From IMG/VR virus record IMGVR_UViG_3300031647_000750, positions 128,025-192,024 of that record: a stretch of DNA of 64,000 nt; one strand, given 5' to 3'. This stretch comes from a virus. Taxonomy: Duplodnaviria > Heunggongvirae > Uroviricota > Caudoviricetes. Below are positions 1 through 8,948 of the stretch, piece by piece. Numbering within the stretch: the first letter of the stretch is position 1; each line of letters begins with the position of its first letter. The notes beneath the pieces are model-generated. The model ran no database searches. It was given only the letters and a program-made list of their open reading frames with translations, and had not been told where the DNA came from. A program made the translations under genes and the position numbers.

Positions 1-21
1 TTATCATATACCATCAATGAT

Positions 22-2202
22 ATGTTACGACAAGAAGGCATTAGTGTAGACAAAGTTCACTATAGTTGGAAATATCTAAACGGTTGTTACAATACAACTG
101 ACCCTGAAACTGGACACGCAAAGGATTGGTGTACTGACAATATTGGCAACCGCGTTGATCTAGAAACTGGTGAAATACTTGATACTGAATATGCAGAACA
201 ATTTGATTATATAACAGTAACCGTTGAAATTACAAATGCAGCAGGTGAGGTAATTGAAACACGGGTATACGACTATGATACTTGGTATGATTGGAAAAAG
301 CCAAACTCATACAGTGAGAATGAAGAGTTTGATGCGGAAACTGGTGCATATTTTCAAGTAGAAGAAGATTTCATTCAGTTATATGATCATACTACGGGTG
401 TTGGTAGTATATACACACCAGACAGTCTTGGTAGTGCTAATTTTAGAGTAGCAACCAAGGACGGAGCTGCATGGGAAGGACATTATGGTCCGGTGTTCAA
501 AGACGGACAAATCTGGTTTACATATCGTGCTAACCCATGTGCGCAAACAGCATTATACGATCCAAGTTGTGATGGATACGCTGACGCATATGCAACCGCA
601 GAATATGATAATAACTGTAGTGCAGACGCATTATATGATCCTGGTTGTCCAGGATATCAAGCGGCGTACAATCAACAACAGTACGACAACGCTTGTGCAG
701 CAGATGCGACATACGATACAGGTTGTCCAGGATATGCCACAGCATATTATGACCAGCAATGCGAAGCAGATCCGTTGTACGATAGTGGATGCCCTGGATA
801 TGATAACGCACACTTTACTCAACAATGTGAGGCAGACCCATTATACGATAGTAGTTGCGATGGATATGCAAACGCATATTACAATCAACAATGTAGCGCA
901 GATCCTTTATATGATAGCGGCTGTGCTGGGTATGATACTGCATATTACAATCAACAATGTAGCGCAGATCCTTTATATGATAGCGGCTGTGCTGGGTATG
1001 ATACTGCATACTATAACTATCAATGTAATGCTGATCCTTTATATGACAGTGGATGTACGGGATATGATGCTGCATATTACAACTATCAATGCAATGCTGA
1101 TCCTTTATATGACAGTGGATGTACAGGATATGATGCTGCATATTACAACTATCAATGCAATGCTGATCCTTTATATGACAGTGGATGTACAGGATATGAT
1201 GCGGCTTATATGAGTCAGCAGTGTAGTGCTAATGCACTTTATGATAGCACATGTCCTGGTTACAATGCTGCATATTACAGTTATCAATGTAGTGCTGATC
1301 CGCTATATGATAGCGCATGTGATGGACATTTTGATGCACAATGTGATGCTAATACGTTATATAATGCACAATGTGTAGGATATGAAACAGCATACTTTAA
1401 TCAACAATGCTCATATAATCCTCAATACGATAATCAATGCTCTGGTTATATAGCGCCTGTTGTAGCAGATGTTATCACAATAGAAGAAATTATTGCGGCA
1501 CCGTTGCCACAGGCATTTATCATATTACCACAACCGTCGGCACCAGAACCCGCACCAGTTGAAATTATATCAGTGGTGGAAGTTGAAATAGAAATAATTC
1601 CTGAACTTGTTGAAGTAATAGAAGCGCAAGTTGAAGCAGAGATTGCGACTGAGATTGAAGCAGAATTAGAACCAGTGGAAGAAACAACAGAAGAAGTAAC
1701 AGAAGAAGTAACTGATGAAACAACAGAAGAGGTTACAGAAGAGGTTACAGAAGAGGTTACAGAAGAGGTTACAGAAGAGGTTACAGAAGAGGTTACAGAA
1801 GAGGTTACAGAAGAGGTTACAGAAGAGGTTACAGAAGAGGTAGTTGAAGAAATCAAGCCGATAGTTAAGGAGATCACCAAGGAAGAAAAGCAAAAAGCCA
1901 AAGTGAAGAAGATGAAAGAGATTATTAAAAACAAGTTAGCAAAACTAGCAATTGTAATGGGCCAAGCCCAATCATTGTCCGATCAGAAAGCATTACAAGC
2001 ACAAATAAGTGCATTGATTAACTTTGTCCCAGGCTTTAGTGCGTACGGACAACGAGTAATACCCGGCACTGATTTTTACACATCGGGTGGTATTTACAAA
2101 GATAAAAAAGTCCCTGAGAACCAAAGAGGATTATTAAATGGTCTTGCAAGTCAAATACTTCATGAGAAGATGGTAGATGAACAATATAAGGATATGAATT
2201 AA
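22..2202 (+). CDS. Large tandem-repeat protein with ~15-20 copies of a 20-aa Cys-containing repeat, an acidic (TEEV)n tract and a Lys-rich C-terminus. The ORF is open to the window start, so it may be 5'-truncated.
   Basis: Six-frame ORF. Repeats QCxADPLYDSGCxGYDxAYYN are visible in protein and DNA (60-bp units). No stop occurs between nt 1 and 22 in frame. Confidence 0.6.
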   Translation: MLRQEGISVDKVHYSWKYLNGCYNTTDPETGHAKDWCTDNIGNRVDLETGEILDTEYAEQFDYITVTVEITNAAGEVIETRVYDYDTWYDWKKPNSYSENEEFDAETGAYFQVEEDFIQLYDHTTGVGSIYTPDSLGSANFRVATKDGAAWEGHYGPVFKDGQIWFTYRANPCAQTALYDPSCDGYADAYATAEYDNNCSADALYDPGCPGYQAAYNQQQYDNACAADATYDTGCPGYATAYYDQQCEADPLYDSGCPGYDNAHFTQQCEADPLYDSSCDGYANAYYNQQCSADPLYDSGCAGYDTAYYNQQCSADPLYDSGCAGYDTAYYNYQCNADPLYDSGCTGYDAAYYNYQCNADPLYDSGCTGYDAAYYNYQCNADPLYDSGCTGYDAAYMSQQCSANALYDSTCPGYNAAYYSYQCSADPLYDSACDGHFDAQCDANTLYNAQCVGYETAYFNQQCSYNPQYDNQCSGYIAPVVADVITIEEIIAAPLPQAFIILPQPSAPEPAPVEIISVVEVEIEIIPELVEVIEAQVEAEIATEIEAELEPVEETTEEVTEEVTDETTEEVTEEVTEEVTEEVTEEVTEEVTEEVTEEVTEEVTEEVVEEIKPIVKEITKEEKQKAKVKKMKEIIKNKLAKLAIVMGQAQSLSDQKALQAQISALINFVPGFSAYGQRVIPGTDFYTSGGIYKDKKVPENQRGLLNGLASQILHEKMVDEQYKDMN
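540..1440 (+). repeat. Tandem ~60-bp coding repeats; several copies are near-identical, e.g. 896-955 = 956-1015 and 1016-1195 in three copies
   Basis: Direct reading of repeated caatgtagcgcagatcctttatatgatagcggctgtgctgggtatgatactgcatattacaat units. Confidence 0.8.
1684..1850 (+). repeat. 12-bp microsatellite-like repeat (gaagaggttaca)n encoding (TEEV)n
   Basis: About 10 perfect 12-bp tandem copies at 1733-1848. Confidence 0.85.
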
Positions 2203-2531
2203 TGTTTAGTACAATATGTGGCATAGTCTTAACATTGCATATGGGACTTAATGAAGAATATCAATATAATTCTTTTCATCCATATTGTAAAGCAAAAACA
2301 GAAAGTAATGTAATAGCAGGAGCATATTACAACAGTGTTGATAGGGTAAGTTTATTTGTAGGATATGAATATGATATTAACTATCACACATCAATAGAAC
2401 TAGGAGTAGCATCAGGATACGAATATGATGTTACACCAACAGTTAGGGTTAATTATAAAAACCTATTTTTAATGCCAGCACTGGACAACGGTAAAACAGG
2501 CTTGGCGATTGGCCTACAATATAATTTTTAA
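2202..2531 (+). CDS. Small protein with an outer-membrane beta-barrel-like C-terminus (alternating hydrophobic residues ending in ...GLQYNF with terminal Phe); hypothetical
   Basis: ORF with TAATG start overlap. The C-terminal aromatic signature is typical of OMP beta-strands. Confidence 0.35.
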   Translation: MFSTICGIVLTLHMGLNEEYQYNSFHPYCKAKTESNVIAGAYYNSVDRVSLFVGYEYDINYHTSIELGVASGYEYDVTPTVRVNYKNLFLMPALDNGKTGLAIGLQYNF

Positions 2532-2542
2532 GGAGAGTAACA

Positions 2543-3136
2543 ATGAGTGAGAAAACAACAGTAGAAGTAGGTGGAGTTAAGTTTACAGGTGGAAAGATAT
2601 TCCTGTTACTAACAGTATTAAGCACAATGGGTGGTGCAGCGTGGGGTGGATTTGAATTCTACAACGACTATAGAAATATGAAGGCTAAGATTGAAAGTTA
2701 TAAAGCACCCGATCTAAGTGGGTTTGACAAGGATTTAGCAGTACAGCGTGAAAGGTTCGCTATTGTTGATGCACACATGGAATTCGTCAGTAAAGAGATT
2801 GCATTATTTAAAGAAGAAATAGGCATGATCAAAGAAATTAATGATGAACATTATCAATCACTGAAGGATCTAAAACAAACTATGCGCGATGATATAAATC
2901 GTCAAGAAAAGATTATTGATAAAGTAGAAGATGAAGTGCAAAAAACCGAAGAAGATGTTCGTAAGTTAATCAGCATTGCAGATGGTAGATTTGAAAATAA
3001 ACGAAGTCAACTACAGTCAGACTATGAACAGAAAGCAGATAGCATTCGTAAAGATACTGAGCGAAAGTTAAAAGAACTTGAGGCTAGGCTAAACAAGCGG
3101 TTACAACGCGCATTAGATAATCCGTTAGCACAGTAA
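2543..3136 (+). CDS. Membrane-anchored coiled-coil protein (hypothetical)
   Basis: RBS ggagag upstream; N-terminal TM segment and a long charged heptad-like region. Confidence 0.5.
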   Translation: MSEKTTVEVGGVKFTGGKIFLLLTVLSTMGGAAWGGFEFYNDYRNMKAKIESYKAPDLSGFDKDLAVQRERFAIVDAHMEFVSKEIALFKEEIGMIKEINDEHYQSLKDLKQTMRDDINRQEKIIDKVEDEVQKTEEDVRKLISIADGRFENKRSQLQSDYEQKADSIRKDTERKLKELEARLNKRLQRALDNPLAQ

Positions 3137-3140
3137 GTGC

Positions 3141-3169
3141 TTGACATGTATAGATATTTAATGTATACT
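3141..3169 (+). promoter_or_regulatory. sigma70-like promoter (TTGACA-17-TATACT) upstream of dCMP deaminase
   Basis: Consensus -35 and -10 elements with 17-bp spacing. Confidence 0.5.
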
Positions 3170-3198
3170 AGATAGATGACGATAGAGAGTGATACGCA

Positions 3199-3705
3199 AT
3201 GAAGCAAAAGTTTAAAGAAGCATACATGGATACAGCGAAGCGATTCGCTGAATTGAGTCATGCGATAAGATTGAAAGTAGGATCAATCATTGTTAAAGAT
3301 GATAGAATCATATCAATCGGATTCAATGGAACTCCCAAGAACTGGGATAATAATTGTGAACACCGAGAATATCAGAGTGCATCCTCGCGTAATTGGTTAG
3401 ATGCAGAAGATAATATAGATCAGTGGCCATACGAAGATGATAAGGGTCGTTATCGTTTGACTACTAAGCAAGAGGTATTGCACGCAGAGATGAATGCGAT
3501 TTCAAAGATTGCAAAAACTACTGAATCAGCAGACGGTGCAACAATGTTTGTAACGCATCAACCATGTATTCATTGTGCTAAGATCATATATCAATCTGGT
3601 ATTACCGCAGTATATTATGGTGCTGAATATCGTGATCCAGCAGGTGTACGCTTTCTAGAAGAATGTGGTGTATTAGTCGAGAAAATTGAGGATAGTTCTT
3701 TATGA
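3199..3705 (+). CDS. cd: dCMP deaminase
   Basis: Zinc-binding motifs HAEMNAI and PCIHCAKII. The size and motifs match the cytidine/deoxycytidylate deaminase family. Confidence 0.8.
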   Translation: MKQKFKEAYMDTAKRFAELSHAIRLKVGSIIVKDDRIISIGFNGTPKNWDNNCEHREYQSASSRNWLDAEDNIDQWPYEDDKGRYRLTTKQEVLHAEMNAISKIAKTTESADGATMFVTHQPCIHCAKIIYQSGITAVYYGAEYRDPAGVRFLEECGVLVEKIEDSSL

Positions 3706-3927
3706 AGACAATAATTGTCGTAGGTCATGGTCATGGATTGGGATGAAATTAAACAAATAGGAAACAATATACATTGATGAATGAAATTACAATAGAGCAG
3801 ATAGAAGAATTTGATGAGATGTATGGCGATGAGTTACCAAGTTATACACATGAGCCAATTAAATTTAAGTATTACTGGGACATGTATTTACAAGTAAAAA
3901 ATAATGAATCAGAAATCAAATAAACTG

Positions 3928-3956
3928 TTGACAACGTATTAGATGTATAGTATAAT
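3928..3956 (+). promoter_or_regulatory. sigma70-like promoter TTGACA-17-TATAAT
   Basis: Consensus hexamers upstream of ORF 3989. Confidence 0.5.
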
Positions 3957-3988
3957 TAATACATAAGTTAATTTTATAGGTAAATGAT

Positions 3989-5266
3989 ATGTCTACAGCA
4001 GTAGCAGAGAAGTTAGAAGTATGTCCTAAGATGTCAGCGACTGTACGTGAGCGCATGACTAAATCACGTGTTCGATTTCTATTAACTAAACCGTTCTATG
4101 GAACACTTGCATCACGATTAGTTCTTACTGAGGCTAATTATATGCCTACGGCTGCAACCGACGGGCGTCGTTTGTTGTACAATGTTGAGTTTGTAAATAA
4201 ATTGTCAGATTCAGAACTTGACTTTTTGGTTGCTCACGAAGTATTACATTGTGTGTACGATCATATGGCGGCACGTGGTGATCGTAATCCTCAAGTATAT
4301 AATGCTGCATGTGATTACAATATAAACCTCACACTAGTTGATAACAAGATTGGTACTATTATTGGTTCTGATAAATTAGATGGTGGTGAACCTTGTTATG
4401 ATACTAAGTATCGTGATATGGGTAGTTATGAGATTTATGAAAAGTTGATGGAAGATTACGATGGAAAGAGTTACACTGTTAATGCAGACGGTACTATCAC
4501 TGATGAAGATGGCAATGTAGTTGGCAATATTAGTGGCATGGACGTTCATTTAGAGCCTTCACAAGGTGATGAAAATGGCAATGATGCTAACGGGAACCCA
4601 GTTGATGGTATGTCAGCAGATGAACGTAAGGCATTACAAGATGAAATCAAGCAAGCAGTGATCAATGCAGCACAATCAGCGGGCGACGAAGTACCTGATG
4701 ATATCAAGCGAATGATTGGTGAATTGACATCGCCTAAGATGGATTGGCGTGATGTGTTGCGCACTCAATTGGAAAGTTCATTGAAGCGTGATTTCACATT
4801 CATGCGTCCTAGTAAGCGTTCTGGTGAGGTTATCTTCCCAGGCATGTCACGAGATGAAGAATTGAAAGTGACAGTTGCTATCGATACATCTGGTAGTATT
4901 AGTACAGAGATGTTGCGTGACTTCGTAAGTGAAGTGCAAGGTATCATGGATCAGTATCAAGATTACGAGGTGACTATGATGCAGTTTGACACTGGTGTAT
5001 ATGGTGTTGAAGTATTTACCGCAGACGGCGGCGAGGATATCTCTGAGTATGATATTCGCGGTGGTGGTGGTACAGAATTCGATGCAGTATGGAATTACAT
5101 GAAAGAAAACGACATGGAGCCTGATCAGTTAATTATGTTCACTGATGGTTATCCATTTGGTTCATGGGGTGATGAAGATTATTGTGATACATTGTTTGTA
5201 ATTCACGGTGATACTGAGCATCGCATTGAATCACCATTTGGAGTTACAATTCATTATGATGCATAA
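3989..5266 (+). CDS. Putative metallopeptidase-like N-domain (HEVLH motif, DUF2201-like) fused to a VWA-like C-domain
   Basis: HExxH motif in the N-terminal third and Asp-rich VWA/MIDAS-like segments (DTSGS). Resembles the VWA proteins that pair with MoxR ATPases. Confidence 0.45.
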   Translation: MSTAVAEKLEVCPKMSATVRERMTKSRVRFLLTKPFYGTLASRLVLTEANYMPTAATDGRRLLYNVEFVNKLSDSELDFLVAHEVLHCVYDHMAARGDRNPQVYNAACDYNINLTLVDNKIGTIIGSDKLDGGEPCYDTKYRDMGSYEIYEKLMEDYDGKSYTVNADGTITDEDGNVVGNISGMDVHLEPSQGDENGNDANGNPVDGMSADERKALQDEIKQAVINAAQSAGDEVPDDIKRMIGELTSPKMDWRDVLRTQLESSLKRDFTFMRPSKRSGEVIFPGMSRDEELKVTVAIDTSGSISTEMLRDFVSEVQGIMDQYQDYEVTMMQFDTGVYGVEVFTADGGEDISEYDIRGGGGTEFDAVWNYMKENDMEPDQLIMFTDGYPFGSWGDEDYCDTLFVIHGDTEHRIESPFGVTIHYDA

Positions 5267-5555
5267 TGTAAAGATTATAAATAATGCAGGCAGTCTAAGT
5301 GAAAGTGACTTAGTACTGCTTGCAGGAACAGATATTATTCTGTCGATGTTGCGAAATCGTATACTTATTCTAGTTGAAAAGAAACAAGTATGTGATTGGA
5401 GCAGATTAACAGAAGATATGACGGGATTGTACTATATTAGAACAATCGATCACAATAGTAATTTATTTCAATTATGGTTTGAGACTCCAGTAGACTTGAC
5501 CCAGTTTGAAAAGAATTTAGCAATGGCGAAGATCGCCGGAAATGTTTACGAATAG
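5208..5555 (+). CDS. Hypothetical protein
   Basis: ORF only; start uncertain; overlaps the end of the previous gene. Confidence 0.3.
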   Translation: MILSIALNHHLELQFIMMHNVKIINNAGSLSESDLVLLAGTDIILSMLRNRILILVEKKQVCDWSRLTEDMTGLYYIRTIDHNSNLFQLWFETPVDLTQFEKNLAMAKIAGNVYE

Positions 5556-5622
5556 TAATCATCATTTATCTGTAATAATATAGATAAATAAACATAGTAG
5601 TTAATTAAATAAAGGAAGTAAA

Positions 5623-5832
5623 ATGACTGAAGCAACACAAGAAGTACCAACACTAACATTGCAGGACTTAACATTGACAGCGAATATTATCGATTTGTCA
5701 GTACAACGTGGCGCATTTAAAGGCGCAGAAGCAGAACAAGTTGGACAAATGTTCAATCGTTTAGTTGCGATTATCAAATCAATTGCACCACCAACTGACG
5801 AATCTGCTACGGAAACAGAAGGCGAGGTTTAA
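5623..5832 (+). CDS. Hypothetical small acidic protein
   Basis: ORF with RBS aaaggaag upstream. Confidence 0.45.
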   Translation: MTEATQEVPTLTLQDLTLTANIIDLSVQRGAFKGAEAEQVGQMFNRLVAIIKSIAPPTDESATETEGEV

Positions 5833-5836
5833 TCTC

Positions 5837-6433
5837 ATGTCTACAAATAATCTAAAACATGTAGGTCAATTGATCAACACACAACGTAGATGTGTTATCA
5901 TGTTTCGTGAAATTCCAGATGATGAAAGTAATTGTCTAGTAGTGGACACCGATGCATTGGTAGATTGGATGCACGATGATGTTATTAATGCAGTAGAATC
6001 TCCTGGCGCTCAAGCATCAGTGGATTTCTCTGAATTTGCACAGCGTAGAGTAATGACAGATGGCACTAACATGCTGCAATCATTGCACGCAAAAGGTTTT
6101 TTGCAAAAGCAAAAAGCGTCAAATGTGATGATGACACCAAATCGTGAAACTCAGATCCGTTTAGACGAATTGAATAAAATCATTCGCGAGCAGTCTGGAC
6201 AGGACACCATTCATAAGCAACCTGTTGAAACTCCTGAGTCACTGTCAACTCCGTCAACCGAGTCGACTGGCAATGAAGTTATCGATGATATTGCGATTGC
6301 ATCTAACATGATTGCACAAGCAAAGCAATTTGAAGAGGAAGCAGCAACATTGCGTGAAAATGCATATGCATTGTCTCCTGAACTGAAACCAAAACGTGGT
6401 CGACCGGCTGCTAAAAAGACAGCAACTGCGTAA
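5837..6433 (+). CDS. Hypothetical protein with a basic AT-hook-like C-terminus (KPKRGRPAAKK)
   Basis: In-frame ATG at 5837 immediately after the stop of the upstream gene. The track ORF from 5765 probably over-extends. Confidence 0.45.
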   Translation: MSTNNLKHVGQLINTQRRCVIMFREIPDDESNCLVVDTDALVDWMHDDVINAVESPGAQASVDFSEFAQRRVMTDGTNMLQSLHAKGFLQKQKASNVMMTPNRETQIRLDELNKIIREQSGQDTIHKQPVETPESLSTPSTESTGNEVIDDIAIASNMIAQAKQFEEEAATLRENAYALSPELKPKRGRPAAKKTATA

Positions 6434-6460
6434 ATTAGATTATGACTGGGAGTAATAATA

Positions 6461-7204
6461 ATGAACGATGAGCCTACCGCATTTATATTTGATGTAGATG
6501 GCACACTTACTCCCAGTCGTTCTTTAATTGACCCAGTATTCGAAGCATGGTTTGTGGATTTTTGTACTCATAATGATGTATATATTGTCACTGGAAGTGA
6601 TCGTACAAAAACATTAGAGCAAATACACGGTACATTATATGATCTTATAGTTAAAGTATATCAATGTAGTGGTAATAATGTGTGGATCAAAGATGTAGAA
6701 ATCGAATGCAATGAATGGGTACTTGGTGACGAAGAGAGAGAATTCCTAAACGCTAAATTAGAGGAATCTGAATTTAGTATTAAGACAGGAATGCATATTG
6801 AAGATCGTCCAGGAATGGCGAATTTCAGTATAGTGGGTAGAGGTGCAACAGTGGAAGATCGCGCAGCCTATGTAGAATATGAATTTGTACATAAAGAGCG
6901 TAAACTAATTGCTGAAGCGTTCAACTTTAAATTTAAAGAGTCTGGGATAACTGCACATGTTGCAGGTGAGACGGGTCTTGATATACTACCCAATGGGAAA
7001 GACAAAGGTCAGATCATTCATGATTTTGACGAACAAACTATTTATTTCTTTGGTGATAGGATGGAAGAAGGTGGCAATGATGCTCCTCTTAAACAAGCCA
7101 TCATTGGCAGAAGAAACACAAGTGATAAGTGCTTTACAGTAGAGGGATGGGAACATACATGGAATCTACTACAGGAACTATCTAAGCAAGGATTATGTTA
7201 TTAA
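6461..7204 (+). CDS. Phosphomannomutase, eukaryotic-type HAD-IIB family
   Basis: N-terminal FDVDGTLT HAD motif. The C-terminal KDKGQ...TIYFFGDRMEEGGNDAPL matches the eukaryotic PMM signature DGWDK...IYFFGDK..GGNDHEI. Confidence 0.65.
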   Translation: MNDEPTAFIFDVDGTLTPSRSLIDPVFEAWFVDFCTHNDVYIVTGSDRTKTLEQIHGTLYDLIVKVYQCSGNNVWIKDVEIECNEWVLGDEEREFLNAKLEESEFSIKTGMHIEDRPGMANFSIVGRGATVEDRAAYVEYEFVHKERKLIAEAFNFKFKESGITAHVAGETGLDILPNGKDKGQIIHDFDEQTIYFFGDRMEEGGNDAPLKQAIIGRRNTSDKCFTVEGWEHTWNLLQELSKQGLCY

Positions 7205-7263
7205 ATAGCATAAATATAATTAGAATACTTACAATTTACAAGTACACTTGGAATAAATAAATC

Positions 7264-7557
7264 ATGGCAATTGAACAAAACGATAGATCATTTAGTAAGA
7301 TTTTTGATGAGATCGACATACAAACTATACCTCCCAAATATATACAAGCAATCATCCTTACATTAGTAGGTGGTGAGAAGATAGAAATATCAGATGAAAT
7401 GCTAGATTCTATTACATCGGCAGAAGATGTATTCGCAGGAATCGAGCGAGAAGATGTCATGAACGTTGATATTGCTCTTGATTATGAAGCAATCGAATAT
7501 GATGTAAGCACCGATGTGAAGAGCGTGCTAGACGGTCTATTCGGCAATCATGACTGA
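7264..7557 (+). CDS. Hypothetical acidic protein
   Basis: ORF. Confidence 0.4.
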   Translation: MAIEQNDRSFSKIFDEIDIQTIPPKYIQAIILTLVGGEKIEISDEMLDSITSAEDVFAGIEREDVMNVDIALDYEAIEYDVSTDVKSVLDGLFGNHD

Positions 7558-8206
7558 TAGTGCAACCAGAATATGGATGTGCGGTATACCCGGATCTAAA
7601 TGGTCTGGAATAGATATGCATATGCGTCAAGTGTTACCATGTGATCAGACTGATGAATCAGATGAACGCACATGTTATCATAGAGCGTATTCACCAACCG
7701 ATACTAACAACGGACATCGTGGTAGTTATTGGGGACCAGGAATGGGATGTGGTGAAGATTGGATAGACTTCAATTTTATGGATAAATCAAAAATAATCAA
7801 CGACATAGATACAGTATTCACTGGTACTGGTTACAAAATAATAAAAGATCATTTCTTGGCTAGACAATTTAATCTAGATTACGTGTGGAATAATTTTTCT
7901 GGTGATTATATAGTTCTTGTATATAGAGAACCACAGAAATCATTTGCATGGTGGTCAGAAGTTATGGATTTTGGCGAGGGACATTATCCAGATTATGCGC
8001 CTGGATATACTGATTATAATACAATGAGAAAGTTGCTGTGGACTGAATCTGCAAAGATAACAGACTTCGCAGTTCGTAAAGATATGAATTTCTCACTATA
8101 TAACAATCAAGCATTCCAATCAATTGATGGATTTGCTTGGAAAACGGCTAATAAACTTGACATTATGACCAATGACACATATATATCTGTAAAGCGAATA
8201 CCATAA
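7550..8206 (+). CDS. Hypothetical protein. The N-terminal GIPGSKWSG is weakly reminiscent of a sulfotransferase PAPS-binding loop.
   Basis: ORF; the motif resemblance alone is not decisive. Confidence 0.35.
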   Translation: MTDSATRIWMCGIPGSKWSGIDMHMRQVLPCDQTDESDERTCYHRAYSPTDTNNGHRGSYWGPGMGCGEDWIDFNFMDKSKIINDIDTVFTGTGYKIIKDHFLARQFNLDYVWNNFSGDYIVLVYREPQKSFAWWSEVMDFGEGHYPDYAPGYTDYNTMRKLLWTESAKITDFAVRKDMNFSLYNNQAFQSIDGFAWKTANKLDIMTNDTYISVKRIP

Positions 8207-8910
8207 TGTCAAGTCCGTTTAAAACACCTTGGCACTTTGATAAATTTCGCACAGATGAAGAAGGTGAGTATGTTAAGATTGTTGGAATAGTCAATGGTGA
8301 CTGGACAACAGAGATAGATCATGCTCGTTCAAAAGACTTCAATGTTCAAAATTATAATGAACAGCGTTATGAACATGCTGCTAACAAAAAAAGTAAAAAC
8401 CATATAGAAGAAGATAAAGAGAATCCTGATGGTAAACCTGGATCTACTATGTTTCGTAAAATTAATTACGATAAGTTCCCTAGCGAGTTCCCAAAATTAA
8501 ATGCGATCACAGATTTATTACAACTTGATAAAGATGAAAAGTTAACATGTAAGTTCAATGAGCAGTTCCCTAACGATCAACTTATGTGGCATATTGATAA
8601 CTTGCCGGGAAACCCACGTAAAGAGCGTGTGATAGATAATCCCGAATTCAAGCATTCAAACGACAATAAAATACGCTTCTTGATCACATTAGAAGATTGG
8701 GAACCAGGACAAGTCTTTCAGTTTGGTAATAGAGTATACACCCAATGGAAAGCAGGTACTATATTTACATGGGAATGGAGTACATTGCCTCATTTAACAT
8801 GGAATGGTAGTTGGTCAAAGCGTCCTTGTTTACAGATCACAGGTACAGCAACACCATCAACATGGGATATTGTGCGTAACGGTAATGCAGATACCATCTA
8901 TAACATATAA
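8206..8910 (+). CDS. Hypothetical protein
   Basis: ORF translationally coupled to the upstream gene (ATAATG). Confidence 0.4.
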   Translation: MSSPFKTPWHFDKFRTDEEGEYVKIVGIVNGDWTTEIDHARSKDFNVQNYNEQRYEHAANKKSKNHIEEDKENPDGKPGSTMFRKINYDKFPSEFPKLNAITDLLQLDKDEKLTCKFNEQFPNDQLMWHIDNLPGNPRKERVIDNPEFKHSNDNKIRFLITLEDWEPGQVFQFGNRVYTQWKAGTIFTWEWSTLPHLTWNGSWSKRPCLQITGTATPSTWDIVRNGNADTIYNI

Positions 8911-8948
8911 ATAAAAGAGTGTCATAAATCGACACAAAGGAAACTAAA

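Noticed and set aside
540-1850. Possible CRISPR array, suggested by regular direct repeats
   Set aside because: The repeat units are 60 bp and 12 bp, contiguous without unique spacers, in-frame and coding for protein repeats. This is not a repeat-spacer architecture.
485-1934. Alternative-frame and minus-strand ORFs inside the repeat gene (485..1213 +, 530..1141 -, 1446..1934 -, 1666..1893 -)
   Set aside because: They lie wholly within the tandem-repeat coding region of ORF 22..2202. They are translations of the same repeats in other frames (low-complexity, Ser/Thr or Cys/Phe-rich), which is a typical repeat artefact.
3022-3261. Minus-strand ORF (79 aa) in the cd upstream region
   Set aside because: It overlaps the 3' end of ORF 2543, the promoter and the cd start. 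It is AT-rich and low-complexity with no RBS.
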